From Chthoniobacteraceae bacterium (GTDB lineage: Bacteria; Verrucomicrobiota; Verrucomicrobiia; Chthoniobacterales; Chthoniobacteraceae), in the NCBI GenBank assembly GCA_037190965.1, contig JBBCKI010000013.1:1-64000 (forward strand): DNA of 64,000 nt, in the 5' to 3' direction. Below the pieces are notes generated by a model. The model did no database searches. It had not been told where the DNA came from and saw only the letters and a program-made list of their open reading frames with translations. The translations under genes were made by a program, and so were the position numbers. Shown piece by piece: positions 38,934 to 47,720 of the stretch. Within the stretch, counting starts at the first letter, position 1, and each line of letters starts with the position of its first letter.

Positions 38934-39731
38934 TTATTCTTCTTCGTTGCCATCGCCTTTCATGGCGTTGCTCAGGATTTCCACCTGATCGCGGGGGATG
39001 GCCAGTGAAGCGTCGCCGGGGTTGATGACGGCTCCTGCGCAGTTCTCAAGGTTGAGAACGTATTCCCACGCTTCCGAGGAGTCGATCGCGATGGCGGAGG
39101 TCGTTTCTTCGGCCCAGTTCTTGAGAGCGCCGACGTCGGTGAAGAGCGGCAGGAACTCTACGCCATCATCGTCGGTGCAGACGATGAGTTGCAGGCTCTC
39201 GTCGTCTTCCTCCTCGGAGGGTTCTCCCGAAACCGGAAGCAGGAAGACGGCATCGAAGAGTTGCGCGGTCAGCGCTTCCTGGGCCTCGGCGGAGTCGTCC
39301 TCTTGCAGGGCCTCCATGGCGGCGACCAGTTCGGGGTTTTCGATGGCTCCTCCGCCATCTTCCTCAACGGAGTCGTCGTCACCGCTATCGACGGGGTTCA
39401 CATCCATTCCGTCATATGAGTCGAGCCCGTATTCTGCGGCGAAGGCTTCCAGTTCCTGATTGCGGGCGTGCAGCGATTCCGGGGTGTGGGCTTCCACGCG
39501 CTCCACCTGGAGGACATGCATGTCCTCATCTCCCTCTTCTTCGTCGTTTTCGAAGACACCGACGATTTCGTACCCGCGTTCGGCGAGCGCGCCGCCGGCG
39601 GCCATCAGTTTATCGGGGTCGGGAGAGAGGAAAAAATACCCCCAGAGCATTTCGCCATCGACGTCCCAGGTGGTTTCGGCGCGAAGATCCGAGAAGAGTG
39701 TTTGAAGTTGTTGCAGCGTGATCGTTTCCAT
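38934..39731 (-). CDS. Acidic RraB-like / SseB-N domain fusion protein
   Basis: N-half LWGYFF...L..RGY...VE.HT...YDG (RraB-like); C-half FLLPV...FLPLFTD...GAVINPG (SseB-like); start ATG 39731. Confidence 0.65.
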   Translation of the reverse strand: METITLQQLQTLFSDLRAETTWDVDGEMLWGYFFLSPDPDKLMAAGGALAERGYEIVGVFENDEEEGDEDMHVLQVERVEAHTPESLHARNQELEAFAAEYGLDSYDGMDVNPVDSGDDDSVEEDGGGAIENPELVAAMEALQEDDSAEAQEALTAQLFDAVFLLPVSGEPSEEEDDESLQLIVCTDDDGVEFLPLFTDVGALKNWAEETTSAIAIDSSEAWEYVLNLENCAGAVINPGDASLAIPRDQVEILSNAMKGDGNEEE

Positions 39732-39813
39732 TTTCTTGGGCTGAAAGCCTCGCAGCCCGAGCGGGGAATGACAATCCGCAAAGAGCGAATCTGTTTGATC
39801 TACCACCAAGGGT

Positions 39814-39828
39814 GGGTGTATGCCACCC
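39814..39828. promoter_or_regulatory. Palindromic operator candidate before the RHH gene
   Basis: GGGTG-TATGC-CACCC, downstream of TTGATC (39795-39800) and 12 bp before ATG 39841. Confidence 0.4.
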
Positions 39829-39840
39829 GGGACACTTTTT

Positions 39841-40089
39841 ATGCCCGGCGCACGCGATCCCAACAAAGCTCTTGCCTCCTTCTGGATGCACAAGGACATC
39901 TATACGGCGTTGGGAATTGTCGCCAAGGTCAGCGACAGCACGATGACGCGCTGCATTCTTGAAGCGCTGGCGGAGAAAATGGGCTTCTCGCTCGACGAAG
40001 CGGGAAACCCGGTGGGGCTCGATCTCGATACGCTCGCGAGACAAGCTTTCGAAAAGCGAAAACGACCTTCCAAAAAGCGGGTCAAGTAA
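39841..40089 (+). CDS. Ribbon-helix-helix DNA-binding protein
   Basis: Strand (ALASFWM) - helix (KDIYTALGIVAK) - helix (TMTRCILEAL) pattern; basic C-terminus. Confidence 0.55.
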   Translation: MPGARDPNKALASFWMHKDIYTALGIVAKVSDSTMTRCILEALAEKMGFSLDEAGNPVGLDLDTLARQAFEKRKRPSKKRVK

Positions 40090-40240
40090 GGGGTCAGCCA
40101 AGTTTAAGTGCTTGGTATTGTCCGGTTTATAAGTTAAACTTAGCGGTCCTTCGGGACGCTGGAGCGGTCTCCGGTGTCGGCTCGTCTTCCATGTCCTGTC
40201 TGCTGAGCCTCCCGATGAAATTACTCTACCCGAATGACAG

Positions 40241-40591
40241 GTGAACCCTACTGCTTATAAGAATCCCGGTATCATGACCCAGGAACTCTTCGAGATCCTC
40301 CGGCCACGCATCAATGCACGGGTGTTGGAGATTATTCATAAACACTTGAGCGACGAGCAGATCGGCTTGTTGCTGGTCAAACTTATCAATCCCTACGCGG
40401 TGCTTTCGCAACAGGAAGAGGCGAAGCTACGCGGTGTCGATCGGAAGACGTTGCGGGGCATGAAGGCGCGGGGTGAGCTCCCTGAGCAGCGGGGGGCCGT
40501 CAATGCTCAGGATGCCCCAAGTTTCCCCAATCGGGGACGGGGTTTCCCCAATGCGCCTCAAAGAGAAACACGGGGGGCAAAGCGGGTGTAA
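40241..40591 (+). CDS. Small HTH protein (excisionase/AlpA-like)
   Basis: LSQQEEAKLRGVDRKTLRGMKARGELP resembles an HTH_17/MerR-like motif. Confidence 0.5.
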   Translation: MNPTAYKNPGIMTQELFEILRPRINARVLEIIHKHLSDEQIGLLLVKLINPYAVLSQQEEAKLRGVDRKTLRGMKARGELPEQRGAVNAQDAPSFPNRGRGFPNAPQRETRGAKRV

Positions 40592-40788
40592 ACTCCTAGT
40601 CGTTGCTCGGGAAGGAACCTGAGCCGTTTGATAAATTCACATCCCAACACGGAAGTAAATCGATGAAAGAAGAAGCGCCCCCAACGGCGCGTTCAGCGCC
40701 GGGGCACGGTATTGGCTCCCGGGCGCGGGAGCGTTGTGCCCTTTCGGCTTCACGGCAGAGACGGTCGTTCGATGAGATCGGCGGTCCA

Positions 40789-41013
40789 ATGAACGATGAC
40801 GGGAAACGACTTTTGGCGATCGCCAAAGAAAATCCTTGGTGGACCTTCACCATTGAAGAGCTCTCTGCAATCACCGGTTATTCGCGTGATGTCGTTTCGG
40901 CAGCCAAGGAACATGGGGCGCGTTTTCCTTTTGGAAAATCGCGACCCGAGTGGCTGATGGAATGGATGTCGGCGCACCCTCGTGCGTCGCTTAAAAATCC
41001 GGAAGGCGTGTGA
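40789..41013 (+). CDS. Small HTH protein (phage-like)
   Basis: FTIEELSAITGYSRDVV...GARFP...WL.EW resembles AlpA/Xis-type wHTH; ATG 40789 chosen. Confidence 0.5.
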   Translation: MNDDGKRLLAIAKENPWWTFTIEELSAITGYSRDVVSAAKEHGARFPFGKSRPEWLMEWMSAHPRASLKNPEGV

Positions 41014-41024
41014 TCGTTGTCATG

Positions 41025-42125
41025 CTAGTTTCCCGATTTCCCGAGCGTTTTGAGGGCTCGGTCCGTCGTCAGCCAGATGAGGCCCACTTGACGGGCGGCC
41101 TGCTGGACCAAATTCAGCCGGTCCGTCTTCGTCGGGTATTCGATCAGGAGGACTGGCTTGGAGGCCGCCAGCGCGAGCGTTGCAAAGTCGAGAATGTAAT
41201 TCGTAAATTCCAGCGGTTGTAAGGTATTGCCGTTGGTGAAGAGATCTTCAATGCCCACCGCAGAGATGGTCGAAAGAAAGTCCGCGTGCTCAAGCAGTTG
41301 AACGCCGTTTTGCGGAATGATCAATGCATCGCTCTTGCCCGCGCGGGCGCGAATCGCAATCTTCTTAACCAAATCCACCATGTCCCGCCGATAGGTTTGA
41401 GCAGTTTCCGGGTTGACGCGATCGTCGATCCAGTTTTTCCCATCAAACTCGAAAGATTCGAAGCCGTCGACAATATCGAGATAGATCCCGTCAAATCCGC
41501 GCCCCATGAGCTTATCGACCATGGGCAGAATGATGTTCTGCCAGCCGGGTTGCCAGTACTTCACCACATAGTTTCCCTTCCACTGAGGGCTTTCCTTCAC
41601 CAGGAATGAGGGGGCGCTGGCGGTCAGTTTTCCTTTCTTCGTCCACGCCGCGTTCCAGTAGGGACGGTAGCTTTCCGCCTCGCCAATGGAGAGATAGGCG
41701 AGGACTTTTCGCCCAGGCTGCCCTTGGCGGATGGCAATGATGTCGGCGGGGGTGAAGTCCGATTTGGCGTTGAACGAGGGATCGATGATCACCCAGTCGC
41801 GCTTGCTGGCGGCGATTTTTTTGACGGCATCCGCGCTTTTCTTTGCGAGCGCATCCGGCTGGAGGACGTAGGCAAAAGATTTCGGAGGAGTAATGATCCC
41901 GGTCACTGAGTTTGAACCGCCCAAAGTCAATGTGCCGCCTCCCAGGGTTAACGTTCCGCCTCCCACTGTGATGGTGCTCGTGCCACTTCCCGGAGACGTT
42001 CCGGTTTGTATGACCCCAGTGCCGCCGGTGTATGAACCGCCTCCGTTCAACACCAAAGAGCCCCCGAAGCTGAAGCCGGAATAGGCGAAGGAAAATAGCG
42101 CAATGGCAAACGTCCTGAAATCCAT
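41025..42125 (-). CDS. GH114-like (MJ1477/TM1410) endo-alpha-1,4-polygalactosaminidase family protein
   Basis: Signal peptide; LAYLSIGEAESYR.YW, GFDGIYLDIVD, IIPQNG, GIED, LIEY. Confidence 0.85.
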   Translation of the reverse strand: MDFRTFAIALFSFAYSGFSFGGSLVLNGGGSYTGGTGVIQTGTSPGSGTSTITVGGGTLTLGGGTLTLGGSNSVTGIITPPKSFAYVLQPDALAKKSADAVKKIAASKRDWVIIDPSFNAKSDFTPADIIAIRQGQPGRKVLAYLSIGEAESYRPYWNAAWTKKGKLTASAPSFLVKESPQWKGNYVVKYWQPGWQNIILPMVDKLMGRGFDGIYLDIVDGFESFEFDGKNWIDDRVNPETAQTYRRDMVDLVKKIAIRARAGKSDALIIPQNGVQLLEHADFLSTISAVGIEDLFTNGNTLQPLEFTNYILDFATLALAASKPVLLIEYPTKTDRLNLVQQAARQVGLIWLTTDRALKTLGKSGN

Positions 42126-42359
42126 GGTATTGGATAGTGCTGTTTATACAAAATGATTGGAAGTGTAAAATATGCGTATTCGATAGTGGGCGATATCGGA
42201 TCGAAGGGATCTGAGTGAAAACCCAAGAAACGTGGCGAGCGAATTTTGCTGAAAAAATCCGGCGCAGAAGGTGAGTGATTCGTCGGCGGATGGGCCTGGT
42301 TCGGCGCATCATGGGCGGGGAAGGACGCGGCGGCGCGAGGGGCGCTTATAAGAAAGTCC

Positions 42360-42569
42360 ATGGAGAAGACTTACGCGCTCATTATGACCTCAAGGCAAGC
42401 AGCTGCACTGGTAAAACTGATTCGAATGCAGGCGGCTGCTTACGCCGAGGCTGGGGAAGGCGAGGCGAGGAACGAGGAGCTTTTTACGGGGGAAGATCTG
42501 GAGGCGGTGATGGAACTGCTAGGTTTACCCTTTCCGGGTGGCGCAAAGCCGCTCATGGTGAGGGAATGA
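42360..42569 (+). CDS. Small hypothetical protein coupled to dgt
   Basis: 69 aa, helical/acidic composition; stop overlaps the dgt start (ATGA). Confidence 0.45.
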   Translation: MEKTYALIMTSRQAAALVKLIRMQAAAYAEAGEGEARNEELFTGEDLEAVMELLGLPFPGGAKPLMVRE

Positions 42570-43918
42570 TGCAATGGGAGAAACTCCTTTCGCCCGCCCG
42601 CCTGGGGCGGCGCGAGCTTGAAACGCCGCAGGCACAGCGCTCGCCCTTTCAACGGGATTACGACCGGATGGTCTTTTCCTCGGCGTTCCGCCGGATGCAG
42701 GATAAGACGCAGGTGTTCCCGCTGGCGGAGAGCGACTATGTGCGCACCCGGCTCACGCATAGCCTGGAGGCGGCGTGTGTGGGGCGGTCGCTTGGTACGG
42801 CAATCGGAGCGGATCTGATCGATTGCCCGCCGGTTTTTCATCCGTCGGACGTTGGGGCGATTGTGGCTGCGGCTTGTCTGGCCCATGACATCGGCAATCC
42901 TCCCTTTGGGCATTCGGGCGAGGATGCCATCCGGCACTGGTTTCTTACCTCGCCCCGCGCGTTGGCCCTGTATGGGCAGCTTTCCCCTGAGGAGGCGGCC
43001 GATTTTGCGCGGTTTGAGGGCAATGCGCAGGGGTTCCGGATTTTAACGCGACTTCAGATGCCCGATAACAAGGGGGGGCTCCAGTTGACCTGTGCGACAC
43101 TCGGGGCCTTTGCCAAGTATCCTCTCGCCTCCAGCGTGACACCAGGGGGGCGCAGCGGTGCGAGCACCAAAAAGTTTTCGTTCTTTCACTCGGAGTCCCC
43201 CCTTTTTGAGGAGGTTGCCGAGCGGACCGGGCTGCTCCGGCGTGGCGAGGCTGGGGGATGGTGGTGCAGGCATCCGTTGGCCTTTATCGTGGAGGCGGCG
43301 GACGATATTTGCTACCGGCTCGTCGATTTCGAGGATGGCGTCCGGCTGGGGCTACTCCGCTACGAGGAGGTGCGCGATGCGTTCCTGGAGGTCATCGGCA
43401 AGCCAACGGCGGCGCAGCGGCTCGAGACCATCCAGCGGGAGAAGGAGAGGATCGAGTTTCTGCGGGCCCAGGCGATCGGAAGCGCGGTAGAGCAGGTAGC
43501 CGGGGTGTTCCTGGCCAACCAGGAGGCGCTTCTGGCGGGGGAATTCGAGCAACCGCTGATCGACTGCACTCCGATGGCCGGGGCGCTGCAAAAGATCGTG
43601 CGCCGTTCCCGCGAGACGATCTACGCGAGCCCTCGCGGGATCGAGATCGAGGCGGCGGGTTTCGAAGTGATCGGCGGGTTGCTCGATCTCTTCGTCGAGG
43701 CGGTCGAGGACCTCGCGGGAAATGGGAAGAAATCCTCTCCGCGCTCCCGCACCCTTTTGCGAATGGTTCCCGAGCAGTTCGTTGGCCCTGGGCGGGTTCC
43801 CGCCGATGAGGTCTATACCCGGTTGCAAAGAATGACGGATTTTGTCTCCGGCATGACCGATTCTTATGCGGTGAGCCTTTACAAAAAACTGCGGGGGATT
43901 TCGCTCCCCGGGCAATAG
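42566..43918 (+). CDS. dgt: Deoxyguanosinetriphosphate triphosphohydrolase
   Basis: RMQDKTQVF, RTRLTHSLE, AHDIGNPPFGH, EGNAQ, EAADDICY, DFVSGMTD. Confidence 0.95.
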   Translation: MMQWEKLLSPARLGRRELETPQAQRSPFQRDYDRMVFSSAFRRMQDKTQVFPLAESDYVRTRLTHSLEAACVGRSLGTAIGADLIDCPPVFHPSDVGAIVAAACLAHDIGNPPFGHSGEDAIRHWFLTSPRALALYGQLSPEEAADFARFEGNAQGFRILTRLQMPDNKGGLQLTCATLGAFAKYPLASSVTPGGRSGASTKKFSFFHSESPLFEEVAERTGLLRRGEAGGWWCRHPLAFIVEAADDICYRLVDFEDGVRLGLLRYEEVRDAFLEVIGKPTAAQRLETIQREKERIEFLRAQAIGSAVEQVAGVFLANQEALLAGEFEQPLIDCTPMAGALQKIVRRSRETIYASPRGIEIEAAGFEVIGGLLDLFVEAVEDLAGNGKKSSPRSRTLLRMVPEQFVGPGRVPADEVYTRLQRMTDFVSGMTDSYAVSLYKKLRGISLPGQ

Positions 43919-43924
43919 AGAACC

Positions 43925-44371
43925 ATGGCTATATCTATCGGGAAGACTGAAGAGTTCCTGCACGAAAAGATTCCGCTTTCCGCCGCGATGGGGGTGCGCG
44001 TGGTGGAGGCCGGTCATGAACGGCTGGTGTTGGAAGCTCCTCTTGAGCCGAATCAAAATCATCTGGGCACCGCGTTTGGCGGCAGCCTCAACGCGCTGGC
44101 CACCCTGGCTGCGTATGCGATGCTTTGGCTGGAACTCGACGATACGGCAGCCCATCTCGTCATTGCGGAGAGTTCCATTATATTTTTGCGCCCGGTAAGC
44201 CGCGATCTCCGGGCGGTTTGTGTCCGGCCTGAAGCGCCGGTTCTCGCCGCGTTCAAAGAGCAATTTTCCCGGACGGGAAAGGCGCGAATCAAAGTGGAAG
44301 CGACTTTGGAGGATGCGGGAGGGAGCGAAACCAAGGTCCGGTTTCGCGGTACATTTGTCGCGTTACGGTAG
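43925..44371 (+). CDS. YiiD C-terminal hotdog-fold thioesterase
   Basis: IPLS.AMG, APL.PN.NH.GTAFGGS. Confidence 0.88.
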   Translation: MAISIGKTEEFLHEKIPLSAAMGVRVVEAGHERLVLEAPLEPNQNHLGTAFGGSLNALATLAAYAMLWLELDDTAAHLVIAESSIIFLRPVSRDLRAVCVRPEAPVLAAFKEQFSRTGKARIKVEATLEDAGGSETKVRFRGTFVALR

Positions 44372-44439
44372 AAAAAGGTAGGAAAAATCTTTGGGGAAAT
44401 TTGAATGTTTGGCGCAAATGGAGCGTCTAACCTTGCGAT

Positions 44440-44859
44440 ATGATGAGAATCTCCCGCTCTGTTCCCCTGGCTATTTTGTTGTCGGGCTTGTGTGCCGTCC
44501 CGGCGATGGCGCGCGATCGCCATCATCGCCATTACCATCACTCCCGGCCCTCGGTCAGTTTCGGGTTCTATAGCAATCCTTACCCCTACTACGGCGCGCC
44601 TTTCTATCCTTATTACCCTGCTCCCACGGTTATCTACTCGCAGCCGAGGCCCGTCTATGTGGAAAGAGATCGAGATCGGGGTTCGGTGGAACTCGACGTG
44701 CAGAGCCAACTCGCGCGGAAAGGTTATTACGGCGGCGTGATCGACGGTGATGTCGGCCCCCAGACGCGTGCGGCGATTCGCGCCTATCAGGTGGATCGCG
44801 GACTGCCCGTGACGGGACGGATCGACGGCAATCTGCTTCGTTCTTTAAAACTGATTTAA
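44440..44859 (+). CDS. Exported protein with C-terminal peptidoglycan-binding domain (paralog 1)
   Basis: Signal peptide, H/Y/P-rich segment, VQ..L...GYY.G.IDG.VGPQTRAAIRAYQ...GLPVTG. Confidence 0.88.
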   Translation: MMRISRSVPLAILLSGLCAVPAMARDRHHRHYHHSRPSVSFGFYSNPYPYYGAPFYPYYPAPTVIYSQPRPVYVERDRDRGSVELDVQSQLARKGYYGGVIDGDVGPQTRAAIRAYQVDRGLPVTGRIDGNLLRSLKLI

Positions 44860-44992
44860 CTGATTTACGGCGGTTCTCCGTTCCTTGTCGGGACGGAGGG
44901 CCGCCTGAAGTTTCCTGAAAAGATTCGCGGCGGCTTTGCGCCACGATTTCACTCGATCCAGCACCGCAATTCAGATTAAACCGCACTTGCCC

Positions 44993-45424
44993 ATGAAAAC
45001 AAACCTACTCAGTATTACCATGGTTGCCGTCATCGCTGTCGGCGCGACGGCTCTCCCCGTTCACGCGGATGATTGGCACAAGAGAAAAAACAGCAAATAT
45101 AAAAAGGATACCAGGGTGACGGTGAACGTCATCAGTGATCGCGGGCATTATCATCGCGGTCCCGCTCCGCGCCCCGTTTACGTCGCACCGCGTCCGGTCT
45201 ACGTGGCTCCCCGTCCTGTTTATGTTGAGCGCCCTGGTTATGGCCGGTCTGTCGAGATCGACGTCCAGCGCGCGCTGGCCCGACGCGGTTACTATGGCGG
45301 GGTGATCGATGGCGACATCGGACCCCGCAGCCGCGCCTCCATCCGCGCTTACCAGGTGGATAAGGGACTGCCTGTCACGGGGCGCATCGACGGCTCTCTT
45401 TTGAGGTCGTTGCGACTCCTGTAG
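44993..45424 (+). CDS. Exported protein with C-terminal peptidoglycan-binding domain (paralog 2)
   Basis: Same architecture; three RPVYV(AP/ER) repeats; ATG 44993. Confidence 0.88.
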   Translation: MKTNLLSITMVAVIAVGATALPVHADDWHKRKNSKYKKDTRVTVNVISDRGHYHRGPAPRPVYVAPRPVYVAPRPVYVERPGYGRSVEIDVQRALARRGYYGGVIDGDIGPRSRASIRAYQVDKGLPVTGRIDGSLLRSLRLL

Positions 45425-45443
45425 TTCAATATTTCTTAATTTG

Positions 45444-45479
45444 GCCCGGGCGGGGCATTTCCACGCCCGGGCTACTTAT
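45444..45479 (+). terminator. Probable intrinsic terminator
   Basis: GCCCGGGCG ... CGCCCGGGC stem followed by TACTTAT (weak U-tract). Confidence 0.55.
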
Positions 45480-45563
45480 CCCGAACTCCGATGTTGATCG
45501 CGGTCAAGTCATCGCGACTCAACCTTTTGCGCCAGCTCATCCGCTCCAACATCGGAGTTCGGG
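45480..45563. repeat. Family E 84-bp element with perfect 17-bp terminal inverted repeats
   Basis: CCCGAACTCCGATGTTG (45480-45496) / CAACATCGGAGTTCGGG (45547-45563). Confidence 0.7.
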
Positions 45564-45585
45564 CTTATAGCGGCGCGGCATTGAT

Positions 45586-46662
45586 TTGCACAGAACCCCG
45601 GGTTCTGACACTCTCGGCGAAGTGCAACCGCCGCCGACATCCAAGCCTCATTCCCGGGAAGAAGCCGGAGGAGACCGCGATTTGTTCGGCGCCATTCTGG
45701 CGTCCGTTTCGCGGTCATTTTATCTGACGATCCGGGTGCTCCCTGCTCCGGTGCGGCGTCCGATCGCGCTGGCCTATCTGCTCGCGAGAACGAGCGATAC
45801 CATCGCCGATAGCGCCGGGATTCCGGCAGCCGAGCGGCTGGAAGTCCTGCGGGAGTTTGGCCGGGCGATTGCGAACGGAACAGGAGCGCAAGTGGTCTCC
45901 CGCCTGGATGCTTTTCAAAGCCAGGTTGAAGATCCGGCGGAGCGCACCCTTCTGAGCCATGCGGACACATTGCTGGCTCTGCTCCGGGCTGCGGATCCCG
46001 GAGACCGGGCGGAAGTGGTGCGTGTGCTGGAGGTGATCCTGCGTGGGCAGGAGCACGATTTGGAGCGCTTTTCAACGCGCCGGGGGGAAGGGGTTTCGGC
46101 GCTCTCCAACGCGCAGGAATTGGATGATTACACTTATCGGGTGGCGGGTTGCGTGGGCGAATTCTGGACGCGGATCTGTTTTCGGCATCTGCCTGGTTAT
46201 GCCACCCGGGATGAGGAGGAGATGATTCGCCTGGGGATCGGCTTCGGCAAGGGGCTTCAACTGGTCAATATCCTTCGCGATGCCCCCGCGGACCTTGCGT
46301 CGGGGCGGTGTTATCTCCCGGCGGATGAGTTGGCAGGCGAGGGAATTTCCCCTGAAATGCTTCTGGCGGAGCCCGACCGCGTCCGGCCGGTGGTGGACCG
46401 TTGGCTGGCCCAGGCGCGTGAGCATCTGGCGGAGGGGTTCCGTTACCTGGAGGCCGTGCGTCCATGGCGGCTTCGGCTTGCCTGCTTTTTACCCTGGGCG
46501 ATCGGCGTGAAAACGGTGGCCCTCATGGCGCGAAAGCCGCCTCTGGAAAGCGCAGAGAGGGTTAAAATTTCGCGGAAAGAGGTCCGGCGGTTGTTAAGCT
46601 GGGGATTGCTTGTTGCGATGGGCAATTTTTTCCTGAAATGGTTCAAAAATAGGAATCGTTGA
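45586..46662 (+). CDS. Squalene/phytoene synthase family (squalene synthase-like)
   Basis: VSRSF, YLLARTSDTIAD, YTYRVAGCVGEFWT, GKGLQLVNILRD, GRCYLP; start uncertain. Confidence 0.88.
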   Translation: MHRTPGSDTLGEVQPPPTSKPHSREEAGGDRDLFGAILASVSRSFYLTIRVLPAPVRRPIALAYLLARTSDTIADSAGIPAAERLEVLREFGRAIANGTGAQVVSRLDAFQSQVEDPAERTLLSHADTLLALLRAADPGDRAEVVRVLEVILRGQEHDLERFSTRRGEGVSALSNAQELDDYTYRVAGCVGEFWTRICFRHLPGYATRDEEEMIRLGIGFGKGLQLVNILRDAPADLASGRCYLPADELAGEGISPEMLLAEPDRVRPVVDRWLAQAREHLAEGFRYLEAVRPWRLRLACFLPWAIGVKTVALMARKPPLESAERVKISRKEVRRLLSWGLLVAMGNFFLKWFKNRNR

Positions 46663-46939
46663 AACCGTGCCTGCCGAAAGGCAAAACGTCCCTTTAGGAA
46701 CCACTGATTAGAGCGAGCTATGCCGCAAGTTTGTCATTATGGCGTCTTTTCAACCCGATTTGTCTTCGCTTATCTTCAGACAGGCTGCGGAAAATCGGCT
46801 TGGAAAGCCATCCAAACTGCCTCCGCTTTCGTCATGCTTCATTTAATCAGCGATTCCTTCACGCAGAAAAATATTCCGCTGACACCATATTTACATTCTT
46901 GCAACGGAATTGATTGAACGCTTAATATTCGGGCGCGCT

Positions 46940-47263
46940 ATGGCGAATTTGACCAAAAGGGATTTGGTAGTGAGGATCAGCAATGAAACCGGGATGGTTC
47001 AGAGCGAAGTCTTTGAGGTGATTCAAAAGACGCTCGACTACATCACGGAGTCTTTGGCTCAAGGGAGTGACGTGGAGTTAAGAAATTTTGGCGTTTTCGA
47101 GGTTCGTTTGACCAAGCCGCGCGTGGGTCGCAATCCCAATGAACCGGGCAGCCGCTACGATATTCCGGAGCGAGCAACCGTGAAATTCAAGCTCGGCAAG
47201 GTGATGCGCCAGAAGGTTTCCAAGATGACGCCGGTGCTCAAGCGCAATGGCGATCAGGAGTAG
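46940..47263 (+). CDS. HU/IHF family DNA-binding protein
   Basis: LTKRDL, VELRNFGVF, GRNP, VKFKLGK. Confidence 0.95.
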   Translation: MANLTKRDLVVRISNETGMVQSEVFEVIQKTLDYITESLAQGSDVELRNFGVFEVRLTKPRVGRNPNEPGSRYDIPERATVKFKLGKVMRQKVSKMTPVLKRNGDQE

Positions 47264-47325
47264 GGTAAGACCGGAAAGAAAAGAGCGCTGCCGCGCCAGT
47301 TCCATACACTCGATCGCTCGTTTTT

Positions 47326-47487
47326 CTCGTTACCAATCTCCAGATTGGTAATGCTCCTGTCTTCGAATCTCTGATTCGCTATCGCCCGACAGTGTGTTGG
47401 GAATACTGAGCTTTATTGCGCCTTCAGGGGTGACGAAACTGGAGTTTCGCAGACACAGGCGTTCCCAATCTGGAGATTGGGAACGAG
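47326..47487. repeat. Family D REPIN-like element (CTCGTT + hairpin arms)
   Basis: CTCGTTACCAATCTCCAGATTGGTAATG ... CGTTCCCAATCTGGAGATTGGGAACGAG; inner hairpins CGAATCTCTGATTCG and CGAAACTGGAGTTTCG; followed by GAACGAGG-like repeats. Confidence 0.8.
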
Positions 47488-47512
47488 GGGAACGAGGTGA
47501 AACGAGGGGAAC

Positions 47513-47546
47513 ACCCTCCAACGGAGGGCGGAGTTCCGCGACGCCG
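47513..47546 (+). repeat. Family C single arm
   Basis: 33/34 identity to 19050-19083. Confidence 0.75.
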
Positions 47547-47720
47547 CATTCCTTCCAGCCGAAGGCTCATTTTTCTCCATTCGTCAACACCGCCCCGGCC
47601 GCTTTCTCTCCGGTTTCCGCTTTCCGGTTTTGATCTGAGTCCTTGCCACCGGGTCAGGTCTGGGCGAATCTGTTCTCTTGCCCGGAAGGTTTGTCTCCCG
47701 GGTTTATTTTTCTTCAAAAC

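Noticed and set aside
42566..43918. dgt as an anti-phage dGTPase
   Set aside because: Looks like an ordinary housekeeping Dgt with host-like composition and no defence neighbours; a phylogeny would be needed to exclude it fully
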